Both the position numbers and the translations under genes were made by a program. The notes beneath the pieces are model-generated. The model saw only the letters and a program-made list of their open reading frames with translations, was not told where the DNA came from and made no database searches. From Hypanus sabinus (taxonomy: Eukaryota): 64,000 nt of DNA. The stretch's first letter is position 1; each line of letters opens with the position of its first letter. The stretch is taken from positions 119,164,001-119,228,000 of the forward strand of contig NC_082710.1 of NCBI RefSeq assembly GCF_030144855.1, given 5' to 3'. Shown here in pieces: positions 1 to 11,590 of the stretch.

Positions 1-657
1 AGGCCCAGGGCTGTCGGACCGCCGTATGATCGCCAATTCCTCCATCCTCTTGAACTCCTCCTTCACCAGTCGGAGCTTGTCCGGGGGAAGCCTTCGAGCA
101 CGGGCATGGAGGGGTGGTCCTTGTGTCGGGATGTGGTGCTGTATGCCATGTCTGGGCATGGCTGCCATGAACTGCGGTGCCAGAACTGATGGGAAATCCA
201 CCAGGACTCTGGTGAAGTCGTTGTCGGACAGCGTGATGGAGTCTAGGTGTGGGGTTGGCAACTGGGCTTCACCCAGGGAGAACGTTTGAAAAGTCTCGGC
301 GTGGACCAGTCTCTTCCTTGGCAGGTTGACCAGTTGGCTGTGAGCTCGCAAAAAATCCACTCCCAGGAACGGTTGGGCTACGGCGGCCAGTGTGAAGTCC
401 CACGTGAACCAGCTGGAGCCGAACTGTAGCTGCACCATACGGGTGCCGTAGGTCTTTACTGTGCTGCCATTCACGGCCCTCAGGGTGGGACCCGGTGCTC
501 TGTTGCAGGTGTCGTAACTCGTCAGAGGTAAGACGCTGATCTCGGCTCCGGTGTCAACCAAAAAGTGGCGTCCCGACCGCTTGTCCCAGACATACAGGAT
601 GCTATTCAAATGGCCAGCCGCTGTAGCCATCAACGGTGGCTGGCCCTGGCGTTTCCC
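1..657 (-). CDS. pol: Gypsy pol N-terminus (aspartic protease and start of RT), in the -1 frame relative to gag, partial
   Basis: Open frame from GGGAAAC (651-657) through LVDTGAEISV to IRRSDSP at the window edge. Confidence 0.85.
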
Positions 658-1334
658 AGGAACTTGCAGGGTGGGCTACAGTGGTGGGATTCTGTGCCCC
701 ACCGCTGGTGGTAGAAGCACCATTGTTCGTTGGCCTCCTCACCCCTGCCTCTGGGGTTAGCGGGCTCTGCGGCCGGGCCTGGTCTAGTTTGCTGCTGGGT
801 GCATGGCCTGGTGATCTGTGCGACAGACGCCCCACTCTCCTTCTTGGCTTCCTACAGCAAGTCCGCCCGGGCCGCCACCTTCCGGGGGTCGCTGAAATCC
901 GCGTCGGACAGCAGCAGGCGTATGTCCTTGGGCAGCTGCTCCAGGAATGCCTGCTCAAACATGAGGCAGGGCTTGTGACCTCCGGCCAGGGAGAGCATCT
1001 CGTTCATCAAAGCTGACGGCGGCTTGTCTCCCAAACCATCCAGGTGCAGTAAGCAGGCAGCTCGCTCGTGCTGTGAGAGTCCGAAAGTCCTTATGAGCAA
1101 GGCTTTGAATTCTTTGTATATGCCATCTGCTGGGGGTGATTGTATGAACTCCTCAACCTGGGCCGCTGTTTCCTGGTCGAGGGAGCTCACCACGTAGTAG
1201 TAACGTGTGGCATCTGAGGTTATCTGCCGAATGTGGAATTGGGCTTCAGCTTGCTGGAACCATAGGTGAGGTCGCAGTGTCCAGAAGCTTGGCAGTTTTA
1301 ACGAAACTGCATGAACAGATGTGGCGTTGTTCAT
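630..1334 (-). pseudogene. gag: Gypsy gag with one premature stop (TAG at 852-854, likely from TGG)
   Basis: ORF 852..1373 continues in frame after the stop to the terminal CxYHxxxG..C..PC motif. Confidence 0.85.
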
Positions 1335-1359
1335 CTTCGGCCCAAATATCATTTGGGCT

Positions 1360-1372
1360 GTCAGGGTCACCA
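1360..1372 (-). promoter_or_regulatory. Primer binding site, tRNA-Trp type
   Basis: Minus strand reads TGGTGACCCTGAC 2 nt after the LTR end; the canonical tRNA-Trp PBS is TGGTGACCCCGAC (12/13). Confidence 0.8.
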
Positions 1373-1374
1373 AT

Positions 1375-1661
1375 TGCAGTGGTGTGCTACACGCAGCGCT
1401 GAAATAACAACACAGAGTCGGTGAGCTGCAGTTGCAAAAAGAGATTTAATCAAACTTCGCGGCCTTGCTTTAAAGCCTTCCTGATCCCGCCCTCCCTGGG
1501 CGGGAATGCTGTAGGGAGCGCGTATTCACAGTCCCGTCCCACGCGTGGGCTTTTCCCCTTGCTGGTGAAGCAGGCTTGGCGCCCTCTTTGGGACCGGCCT
1601 CAACGCCGTCGCGTGCCGCTTTGTGAGCCGGTTCGAGTGCGCTAGGAAGTGGGTCGCCACA
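1375..1661 (-). repeat. 5' LTR of the Gypsy element (287 bp)
   Basis: TG...CA termini on minus; lies immediately upstream of the PBS and gag. Confidence 0.85.
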
Positions 1662-2262
1662 ATATTTGTATATTATGTAGGTACTGATCATAATATAGTA
1701 CAAGTATTAATAGCTATTTAAATGTATGTATTAAGGCCATTAATGCTTGAGAATTAGTAAAAACTGTCCAAAACTAAGTGTTGCCTCGGAGTCCTTTGTT
1801 TGCATCCTTATCTTGTCTTGGTAAGCCTGGTGACCTTGGTTCCCAGGCTTGAACAGAAAGACTGAACAAAGAAGCTTTAGTCTTCCTAGGGCTGTGTTCA
1901 GCCTGAATGGTAACGCTGTGGATGCACACAACCGCTTGTCAGCTTATCATCTTGACTCTTGCCTTACTGAATTTCCAAACTCGGAAAAAGTTGCATGAAG
2001 GCAAGTTCAGCCTTTAAAGTTTTGGTTGTCTTGAGATCTACTGTGTTTGCGCTCTGTTCTGCAGCACATCATTATACCTACAACTTCCTGTCATTCCCCT
2101 TTTGTCCTATAAAGGACAACACAAATCCTATTGAATTTCAATAGCACAAAGCCCCTGGAACTCGTTAGTGACTCTGCTGGAAGAGAATGGCTGTTTTTTC
2201 AGGTCATCACTCCACAGAGTGATCCCAGACAAGAGATTAGTACAAATTACAACTAGCAGAGA

Positions 2263-2433
2263 GCCGGCTGGTGGCATAGTGGCATCAGCGCCAGACTTCA
2301 AAGGCTCTGGGGTTCAAATCCAGCTGGCTCCCTTCCTTGCACGCTTTCCATCCGTGCTGGGTTGAGCGTCAAGCTAGCAACTCGGCCTCGTAACAATAAG
2401 AAGACCTGCTGAAAAAAAACACTCCCGATGACT
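2263..2433 (+). mobile_element. tRNA-derived SINE, truncated by the assembly gap
   Basis: A-box TGGCATAGTGG and B-box GGTTCAAATCC with SINE-like spacing. Confidence 0.7.
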
Positions 2434-2639
2434 NNNNNNNNNNNNNNNNNNNNNNNNNNNNNNNNNNNNNNNNNNNNNNNNNNNNNNNNNNNNNNNNNNN
2501 NNNNNNNNNNNNNNNNNNNNNNNNNNNNNNNNNNNNNNNNNNNNNNNNNNNNNNNNNNNNNNNNNNNNNNNNNNNNNNNNNNNNNNNNNNNNNNNNNNNN
2601 NNNNNNNNNNNNNNNNNNNNNNNNNNNNNNNNNNNNNNN
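2434..2639. other. Assembly gap (N run)
   Basis: Run of N. Confidence 1.
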
Positions 2640-2689
2640 AACTACACAATACAGCTGTCCCAGTAGGGAATGGAGCAAGGTGGTGACAC

Positions 2690-3314
2690 TGTAACTCCTG
2701 AGTTTATCGGATGTGTGTTATGCGAATATAGCAGATATTAATTCAAACAAGAACCAGTCTCAAGCTTGTAAATTTCAAGCAGTAAGTTGAAGTTAAAAGC
2801 ACACCTTTACAAATAAACAATACTATCTGTGGAGCACAGACTGGCCTTAACTATGATTTGCAAAATGGTGACCATAAGGTTTGCTTGTGCATCAACAAAA
2901 CATTAAGAAGATGGGGCTGTGTTAATTGGCCTGCATCACAGCAGGTATTTCCTATCTATCAATAGGAAATTTGTGTATTTAGAGAGTTGGCTCTCACAAA
3001 TGCTAATCTTGGGTGTCTGGCTGTCTGTCATCAGATGTCTTGAGAAAATCTGCGTCAATTAGTTTGTCCCAAAAGGGGTATTTGAACATTCATAGGTGTT
3101 CTCTACTCTAAAAATAGAATTCAAAGGAAGCAATGTGATAGGAAGAATTGAAATTATGTTGAATCACTTGCTGTTACTTTTGATCTTAAGAGTATAAAAA
3201 TGTGATGTACTTTTAAATTTTTAGACTCTACTGAGAGTACATGCTTGTGTGATGAATAAAGACTTCTATATCACCAGCTTCAGAGTCTCCCCAATGATTG
3301 TGATCACAGTTACA
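2690..3314 (+). repeat. 5' LTR of a retrovirus-like element (625 bp)
   Basis: Inverted termini TGTAAC...GTTACA; TATAAAA at 3193; AATAAA at 3255; PBS follows. Confidence 0.8.
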
Positions 3315-3319
3315 AAATC

Positions 3320-3337
3320 TGGGGACTCATTCAAGAT
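3320..3337 (+). promoter_or_regulatory. Degenerate tRNA-Pro primer binding site
   Basis: TGGGGACTCATTCAAGAT versus canonical TGGGGGCTCGTCCGGGAT: 13/18, all differences are transitions. Confidence 0.7.
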
Positions 3338-3774
3338 GTGTTCATAACCCACTGTGTGGCAAGCAACACAGGAATTATTCCCTAATTATGGGGATGACTA
3401 TTTGTTACGAGCCGTCCCTCATCTAAGATTTGTTTAGGTTAACAAACAAGTGTGGTGAATGTGTGTGCGTGTGTCTGTTTGTGTAAAGGGTCAGACATCT
3501 TTGGGTAGCTCAGTGAATCAGGGCCACCAGTTGTGAAAGGTGGGTGTTGACTGTTCGGGATGCCAGAGGGTTGCATGCATAACTCGTTCTAGAAAGTGTA
3601 TAGTATTATAGTTGTCTGTGTGTTTTAAGAATAAGTTTTGAAACTTTTGGGGTAACAGAATTTTATATGAAAGTAAACATAACAAGCATCATGAGTTCCG
3701 TGACTGCAAGATTGCAGAGTACATACTCTGGTATAAATATGCGCTGTTTATCCATCCCTTGTGTTGTGGCTTAG

Positions 3775-4060
3775 AGTGGCATGGTAGCGGGTAGTTAGCA
3801 CAATGCTTCACAGTACAGGTGACCCATATTCAACTCCAGCTGCTAGCTCTAAGGAGTTTTTATGTTCTCCCCATGACCGCGTGGGTTTCCTCTGGGTGCT
3901 CGGTTTTCTCTCACCGTCCAAAGACATACTGGTTGGTAGGTTTATTTGGTCATTGTAAATTTTCCCACGATTAGGTTCAGATTAAATAGGGGGATCACTG
4001 GGTGGTGCAGCTTGATGGGCTGGAAGGGCTTATTTCATACTGTATCTTAATAAATAAAAA
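3775..4060 (+). mobile_element. V-SINE/HE1-like SINE inserted in the ERV leader
   Basis: Core TGTTCTCCCCATGACCGCGTGGGTTTCCTCTGGGTGCTCGG..TCCAAAGAC with an A-rich tail. Confidence 0.8.
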
Positions 4061-5777
4061 AACGTTTTGCTTAGCATGGTAATGAGTGTGATTTATTTGA
4101 AGGAGAGGTTAGACAAAAGCAGGCCAAGAATCCTGATGACCCCAGCTAGCCCCTGACTCTGATTAACTCTAACACCGGCCCTTGATCCCCGAGAAGAAGC
4201 AGAGTCTTTTACTGAGCTGCCCTCACTTAAAGCTGCTGGTCGGAGAGATATAGCTGCTTTAAGGGGAAGTGAGGCAGTGATTAGGAAGAGGGTAGAGTCA
4301 TTGGGGGATGATAAGGTATTGGTCCAGATAGCTGATGAGCCTGTCGTGGATGATGCAGAGTTTAAGTATCATGCTGATGAAGAATATTCAGGAGGGATTA
4401 CCCAGTCTTCCTGAAAGTGCTAAAGGAAGGCCGGTGCTCAGCCCAGCAGGAGGTTTTAGATTTGCCATTGATAGTACTGTGGGTCATTGAGGTAGACTAG
4501 AGTGGCCGCCATAGAAGACTTGCTTTGTGTGGCGGCAACCAGGACAACAAGCAAGGAACTGCCAGAATAAATGTAGAAAGGAAATGGCATGTTACAGCTC
4601 TGGCCTGTTGGGCAGTAGTTAGAGACAGTGTCCTAAAAAGCCAGGATGGTGTAAGAATCACTCACCAAAACAGGTAATAATGACAGCAGTGCCTTTTCTG
4701 TCAAATCAGGTTATAGAGGTAGTGAGAACAGCATCCAAGTTAGACAAACAGCCAGAAGTGGTCACACACAGATGTACACAAAAAGTTTGTCACAAGGACA
4801 GTTTGTTAGGGGACTCAGGGTCATCAGTGTCAATAACTGATCTACTGATCTACCCTTCCCTTGCTCACAATTGGAGATGCAATTTACATTACCCATTCAG
4901 GTAATGAGACCATGAAGGCAGAGAGAAGTAAGCTTCACATTCTTGAGATTGAGAGTATAGCTTCCTGTGGCTTTTTGGGTGCGCTGAACAATGAAGGTAT
5001 TATCCTGGGGATAGACACACCGATTAAGGCAGAGGCTATCATAAATTCAGGAAAGGGAGAAATAACATGGACAAAATTGGGACAGTGAGCCCATATGAAC
5101 AGATAACATTGCCTACAGAGAGACAGCAGCCCCAATTAGGAACAGCAGACAGGAGAAAGTGTGTGAATCCTGTCTGGAGGCACTAAGGGTAGGGGCCAAA
5201 CAATAAGGCAGCCAGTGGAAACACAGGACTTGGGTTAAACAGTATGACTCACCTTCTTGTCCCCCTCACAGGTTAGTACACAAACTCTATTCATAACTAA
5301 AATGGAGAAAATTTGTTAGAAGTGAAGTGTTATGTTCTGTACTTAGACAAAAAGAGAAGCATAGACTATCTAAAACATGTAATGTGTAATGATCAATTAA
5401 GTTTGCAAACAGTAATAATGTTCAGTTAGTTAATCTATGTCATCAGTGTTCTTCTGGCCACAAGTTCCCAGGTTTGGTGGCACTGTGGCTTAATGTGGGA
5501 GGTATAGATCCAGGTTGGATGTTCAAGGCATTGTATGTGATATTTGAAAAGGACCTTCCCTCTGAGTCTCAAGACAATTATTTCCTTGGTGGGATTTCAC
5601 CAGTATCCAATCTCCCAGCCACGAAGGGTGACACTCTGCAACTCTCACAATTTTGTGTGCTTAAAACACACGTTGCTGGTAATTTGTAAGTGTTTCTGTT
5701 TTTTTTCCCACACAAAACTGCAACATGCTTTTGCTCATGGATGTCCATCTGTTTACCAAAGAGCTTACCAATATGCT

Positions 5778-7872
5778 CACCAATATGATTACCGACAGGA
5801 CCACTCTATAACAGATGCCATAGCAACTGTCATGTCCTGGCCCTGACACACCAGGGAAACAAGGACACTTATGTCAGAATTCTGTTTCTGAATTTCAGTT
5901 TACCATTCAACACTATTGTCCCATAGACCTTGTTGAACAAACTCCTACTCTTCAGTCTAAACACATCCCTGTGCAACTGGGTGTTGGACTTTCTAACCAT
6001 CGTCTTCAACAAGGGTGCACCCCAGAGCTGAGTGCTTTAGACTTTCCTGACACATGAGTGCGTGGTCAAACACCTGAGTAATCACATTGTCAAGTTCACA
6101 ACAATGTCATCAATGGTGAGATGGCTGACAGAGGGAAAGTGGAAAAGCTTGGGACCTGGTTCCAGGCAAGTATCCTCTTCCTCAATCTCCCCGATTTACA
6201 TCAAGGGCACAGCAGTGGAAACTGCCAGCACTTTCAAACTCCTGGGAGTGTAAATCTCACAACAACCTGCCTTGGTCCCAAAACACATAATCAGGAAAGC
6301 TCACCTACACCTCCGATTTCTGAGGAGGCTGAAGAGTATTGGAATATGCATGTCTTTACTACAGATGCACAGAAGAGAGCATTGTAACATGCTGCATCTC
6401 CGCATGGTATGGAAACTGCATCTTGGCCGACAGGAAGGCTTTACAACAGGTAATCAAAACTGCTCAATATATCACCAGCACCTGCCTTCCAACCATCAAG
6501 GACATATATACAGTAAGATGGCTGACAAGGGCTTGTAACATCACGAAGGATCACACCCTATTGCTCATTAACTGTTTGTCCCTGTCCCATCAGAAAGGAG
6601 ACTTCATAGTATCCAATCCAGAATCACCAAACTTAACGACAGTTACTTTCCCTGAACAGTAAGGCTGATCAACACCTCCACCCACTAACCCACCCCTAAA
6701 CACCTAGGCTACTTCTGTGCCTAGCATCAATTTATTCAAGATTTAAAATTTATTTATTACCAAAGAATGTATAAATTATACAGCTTTGAGATTTGCTTGC
6801 TCAGAGGTAGCCACAAAGCAAGAAACCTGAAAGAACCCAATTGAAGAAAAAAATAAATAAAAGACCAACGCTCGTTTCACAAGTAATAAAAAAAAATACA
6901 AATCATGCAAACAACTGAAGCGAATAGCAACTGCATTCTGGACCAAAGTTCAGATCTGAACCTTAGAGTGGCCCAGAGTAGGCCCAAAGCCTCACTTATT
7001 AGTTCATCATATTAGCAGGCATGCGGCACAGCACCATAGCCTCAGCACCATGTTGATGACCATCATGGAAAATGGGAAAACAAGCAAAATCAGCTCCTGT
7101 CCCAACCGACACCCTGCATTTTCAGTCTGTCTGGGCCAGTGTTTAAATTGACTAAGCAAAGGAACAGCGAAAGGCTCCACAGCCTGGAGAGAGGAGTGAA
7201 GATTGCAAAGAGCAGATGAAATTGGCTTTCGCCTCCAACCTAGACTGGGGTTTAAATTGTCAAAACAGCACTAGGACCCAGGCACTGCTCCTCTAAAAGG
7301 GTCTGGGCCCAGATTTCGCTGTCCAGTAACTTGCTCTGGACCCAGATTTTGTTGCCCAGCCCGAAGCCGCTCTCAAGCTCTTTGAAACAGCTCAACAATT
7401 AGAGTGATCCAACCTCACTCCCGGGCCAGTTGAATGAACATCGAAACTTCTCTGCCTGGGCCCAAACTTCTCCTTTCAGTATCCAGAGTGATCCAACCTC
7501 ACTCCCAAGCCAGCTGTACAGACATCAGAACTCCAACTACAATGATTTTGCAACACGCTGTCTTGGTTCATGCCCTGAACTCGCCTCACCATCACTTGCC
7601 CCTTCACTTTGTGGCGATAACTTAACACAGTTTACCACAAAAAAGGATATTTTAATGATGTTTTTAGATGAATTTATGCATATAATCAACCTATGTTTGT
7701 AAGCTATCTTGTATATTTATATTCATTATGTTTTTTTAATTATTGTGTTCTCTATCTTATTGTGTTTTTATTGTGCTGCATTGGATCCGGAGTAACAATA
7801 ATTTTGTTCTCCTTTACACTTGTGTACTGGAAATGACAATAAACAATCTTAAATCTTGAATCTTGAATCTTT
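5778..7872 (+). mobile_element. Rex1/Babar-type LINE 3' fragment (RT C-half, 3' UTR, (ATCTTGA)n tail), interrupted by an antisense repeat at ~6737-7700
   Basis: [54 protein letters not shown]; short tandem tail at 7846-7870. Confidence 0.8.
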
Positions 7873-7874
7873 AG

Positions 7875-9610
7875 AATCAAAAGGGGAGCAGTGATGGACA
7901 ATCACACGGTATGTCCCAATACTATCTCATCCAGAGATATACAGTCGGCCCTTCTTATCCGCAAGGGATTGGTTCCGGGACCCCTCGTGGATATCAAACA
8001 ATGCAAATGCTCAGTTCCCTTATTCAATGTGTCTCAATGCAGTAGATCTTAGGATCCAATGGAACCCCAGACCTTATTTAACCTGTCTCAGTGTGGTGGA
8101 CATTAGGACCCAGCGGTAGAGATCTGAATCCACGGTGTTTCTGTTCAGGAAAATAATCACGATAACGATTGAAAATAAAGTAGAAATAATAAAGCGATCG
8201 GAAAGAGGTGAAATGTCATCAATCCTTGGAAAAGTGTTAGGCTACGTCGGTCAATGATCGGAACAATTTTGAAGAATAAAGTGAGAAAGGCTCTGCCCTG
8301 ATGAAAGCTACAATTATTCCTAAGCAATGCAGTGGTTTAATTATTGGGTTTTGAGGTTTCGGGTTTTTGCTTCTCCACGTCAATCCGGCATGGTGCAGAG
8401 CACAGTCGGGAACGATCTGTCACTAGATCGAACTCGGGAACTTCCGTTCCCGAGCCTGGCACTGAAACATATGTTCTTAAATGTTTTATATGGACAGAAA
8501 GGTAAAATATATACAAAGACAAATGTTTGACTAACTGACGCTAAATAATACCAGATATACCTGTTCCGACTTACTTAGTAAGAACTTCCGATTTTTTTAG
8601 ATCCCGNNNNNNNNNNNNNNNNNNNNNNNNNNNNNNNNNNNNNNNNNNNNNNNNNNNNNNNNNNNNNNNNNNNNNNNNNNNNNNNNNNNNNNNNNNNNNN
8701 NNNNNNNNNNNNNNNNNNNNNNNNNNNNNNNNNNNNNNNNNNNNNNNNNNNNNNNNNNNNNNNNNNGCTGGAAGAGCACTTCCGGGTTTTCGCGATTCGC
8801 AGTTGGTTGAATTCGCGCATGCGGAATTTGCAGATAAGGAGGGCCGACTGTATATCTTACCCAATTTGAAGCATAGCACACAGAGGAGATTCCACTGGCC
8901 ACTTTATCCCAGTTTCCTCACACAATTCAGCTAATCTGCTTTTCAGGACTCTCTTCTGTCTTTTAACTGCCCCATTGTGGTGATGTGGGCAGGTGAAGTG
9001 CTATATACACTGCAAGGCTTTTGTCAACTTCTGTACCACCTTGCTTGTGGAGTGTGGTCCACTATCATTTGAGATTATCTCAGGTATCTCAAACCTCAGG
9101 AATAAATTGTCGTAGTAAAACTTTAGGGGCAAGTAAAGGAACAACCTTGTGAGTTGGCTAGGCTTCTTCCCATTGAGAATGCAAACAAAGAATAACACGA
9201 ATATAGTTACAATCTTTAGGGAACAGCATTATTGGCTCCCAAGGAGAGAGCAGATATTTTTGTGGTGCCTTTCTAGAATTTTAATTTCTTGCAAAACATG
9301 CAGTTTGTCACCACCTTTCCTGCAATAGGCAGGAATCAGGACACGTTAAGTAACACTCATTTTCAATTATATCCATAATCTCTGCCCCCCCCCCCTTTGT
9401 CTGCATGTGTTAAGTCATATACCATAAGGCTAGCCAGGTAAGAAGAGCAGTGGGTGCAATTGGGTAATCATCAGAGTGATGCCCAAGTCCCTAAAAACAT
9501 TGTTTATCCATGTGCTTTAGTCCAAGAAATCCTTTTGGGCTCTGATGCAACACATTGTGATTGTATAAGTTCATCAATGGTATTTGAGAAAGTTGGCAAT
9601 CTGAACACAC
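7875..9610 (-). mobile_element. pol: Class I (epsilon/gamma-like) ERV integrase remnant, split by a Tigger MITE
   Basis: HHCC region PIAPTALLTWLA..LTHADKGG..CMFCKK; core LRFEIPEIISNDSGPH; GAVKRQKRVLKSRLAELCEETGIKWP. Resumes left of the MITE as ISLDEIVLG. Confidence 0.8.
7942..8850 (+). mobile_element. Tigger/MER2-like (pogo) non-autonomous DNA transposon
   Basis: TIRs CAGTCGGCCCT(T/C)CTTATC(C/T)GCA at both ends; TA TSD; HTH remnant ITIENKVEIIKRSERGE..GTILKNK at ~8153-8280. Contains N gap 8607-8765. Confidence 0.92.
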
Positions 9611-11271
9611 TGGGGTATCACATGATCTACTGCAGACTGGGTTTGAACCGAATTATTTGACCAGAGATCTGATTTTAAGATGAATTAGATTCATGCAATC
9701 CAAACAATCTAAAATTCCCAGGAATACTCAATCATTAATACTGAAAGAGGCCTTGCCTCAAATAATTAAGAAATAGATCATTTGAAAGAGCTTTATTAAT
9801 ATAAAAATATTCATTAAAATAATAAAAAGGTTGGTATCTATGCCATATCCAGGTGTTGCTATTCATGTTGTATCCCTGTACTTAATAAAGTGGCACTGAT
9901 AGTTTAAGATTCCAACATGAGGCATATATCTTATTTATTTTCAGACTTTTCAGACTTCAAGATTATGTGTTGCCAATGGATATGTTTTGTTTCTCCATTA
10001 AAGATGGTGTTTGTGTGGACAATAGTATAAATTAAATACTAATAATAACTACTAAAATAATATTCATTTTTGCAATAACACCTATTCCTTTAGGATTTCA
10101 GTGGCTCTTCTCTGGATGTCACAATAGACAAAAGCAAAATGCCCACCTGAGAAATCATCAGCATTTGTTCCACATCCATATATACACTCTGGCTCCCCAT
10201 CACATCTATCCACATGCCTTTTGCAGCTGTGGTATGAAAATTGCCTGGACATTCTTGGCTGAGATTGGCCAGTTTGGGGAGATTGGTGTTCACGAAGCAG
10301 CCTGTAGGATTCTTGTATTCAGCAAGTGGAATCCAGAGGTTTAACTTTCCTTTAAGAAACAACCAGAGCTCTCTTGTTCCTGGACCAATAAAAGAAGAAA
10401 GCGCATTCCCTTTTCAGGTTCTTTTGGACTCATCCTCGCACAGTCTGGTCTTTTCAGTGAGACAGACCTAATTAAAATTACAGGATAGACCTTTAGCTAT
10501 TGTAAATATACTATACACTGAAGGACATGATTGCTGTGACTATGTCTCCTTTTGAATTGCAAATTAAAATTAGACAGAACAAGAACATAGTAGTCATTGT
10601 GGGTCATCAATACAAGTTATTTTCTTCTACAAATTTCATCTAGCAAAACAAAGGAATGCTTCCAGCCCACACGAAGAACACCGTGCCTTTTTCGCCACCT
10701 TTGCAGTCATGGTCTGGAATCCATTTTCTCATTCACAGGGAAAAAAATACTTATACATCCATCAGTTTGCCACACCCCAAACGTTACTAAATTGTCATGA
10801 CTTAGTTATCTCTCTGCTTACCCAACAACATGCATGTTACTGCAATGGTCGAGATGGACCACTACTAATCCAAGGGCAAGAGTTCATAGCCCACTAGAGC
10901 AGGCATTGAATTTATATTCAGGTCATTAAATAATCTTTATTTTTTAATAAGATACTTAAATAAACTTTGTTTCAGAACTGTGATCTGATTGGCATGAAAG
11001 CCATCTTGAAAGACCTGAAGAAATATGTATTTCTTATGTAATCCAGCTGCTATCCTACTTCAGACATGCAGTAATATAGTTGACTAAAGCTGTGCTTAGA
11101 AATGACTATCCAGCAATACTATAATGTTAAACCAGGATAAGAATAAACCCAGAGCAATCACTCAGCATTGACGAAGCAAACTTGGCAATGCCACCTCCAC
11201 AGGGCCAAATCAGGAACATCTCCCTCTTAAGTACAAGGGACTGATGTCCAACTTGGGAGAGCAATCCATTC

Positions 11272-11590
11272 AAAAGTCCGAAGTTTAAACTACATTTATT
11301 GTCAAAGTATATATATGTCACCATGTACATCCCTAAGATTCATTTTCTTTTGGGTATACTCAATAAATCCATTGTAGAATAAAATCAAAATAGAACCAAC
11401 GAAAGTCCACCAAGTTGGGCATGCAATAAACTGTGCAAATACAAAAAGAAAGAAATAATAATAATACATAAATAAGCAATCAATATCAGGAACATGAGAT
11501 AAAAAGTCCAAGGGTTGTGGGAACATTTCAATGATGGGACAAGTAAAGTTATCCCCTTTAGTTCATGAGCCTGATATTTGAGGGGTAAAT
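11272..11590 (-). mobile_element. Rex/Babar-type LINE 3' UTR fragment
   Basis: Same terminal sequence as other copies (AATCTCAGGGTTGTA..GACAT..TACTTTGA.AATAAA..GAACTTT on the element strand). Confidence 0.65.

Larger units (their letters stand above)
1..1661 (-). mobile_element. Gypsy/Ty3 LTR retrotransposon, 5' part (LTR, PBS, gag, protease, start of RT), running off the left window edge
   Basis: LTR 1375-1661 reads TGTGGCG...ACTGCA on minus, followed by a PBS. Gag reads VSLKLPSFW..PHLWFQQAEAQF...LDGLGDKPPSALM...WCFYHQRWG..CSPPC. Pol reads HFLVDTGAEISVLP, PFLGVDFL, RARRLPPDKL. Confidence 0.95.
2690..5330 (+). mobile_element. Decayed ERV/LTR element: LTR, PBS(Pro), gag with two zinc knuckles, protease
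   Basis: Knuckle remnants CFVWRQPGQQARNC (~4521-4562) and CYSSGLLGSS*RQCP (~4590-4634); protease LGDSGSSVSI (~4805-4835) and IILGID (~4999-5016). The right boundary is approximate. Confidence 0.7.

Noticed and set aside
2298-2694. ORFs spanning X runs (also 8571-8902)
   Set aside because: Artefacts of N gaps.
3320-3337. APOBEC-type G>A hypermutation of the PBS
   Set aside because: Too few sites; several are explained by CpG decay.
7878-7900. AAAAGGGGAGCAG-TG as PPT and 3' LTR of the + strand ERV
   Set aside because: The following sequence does not match the 5' LTR and reads as integrase on the minus strand.
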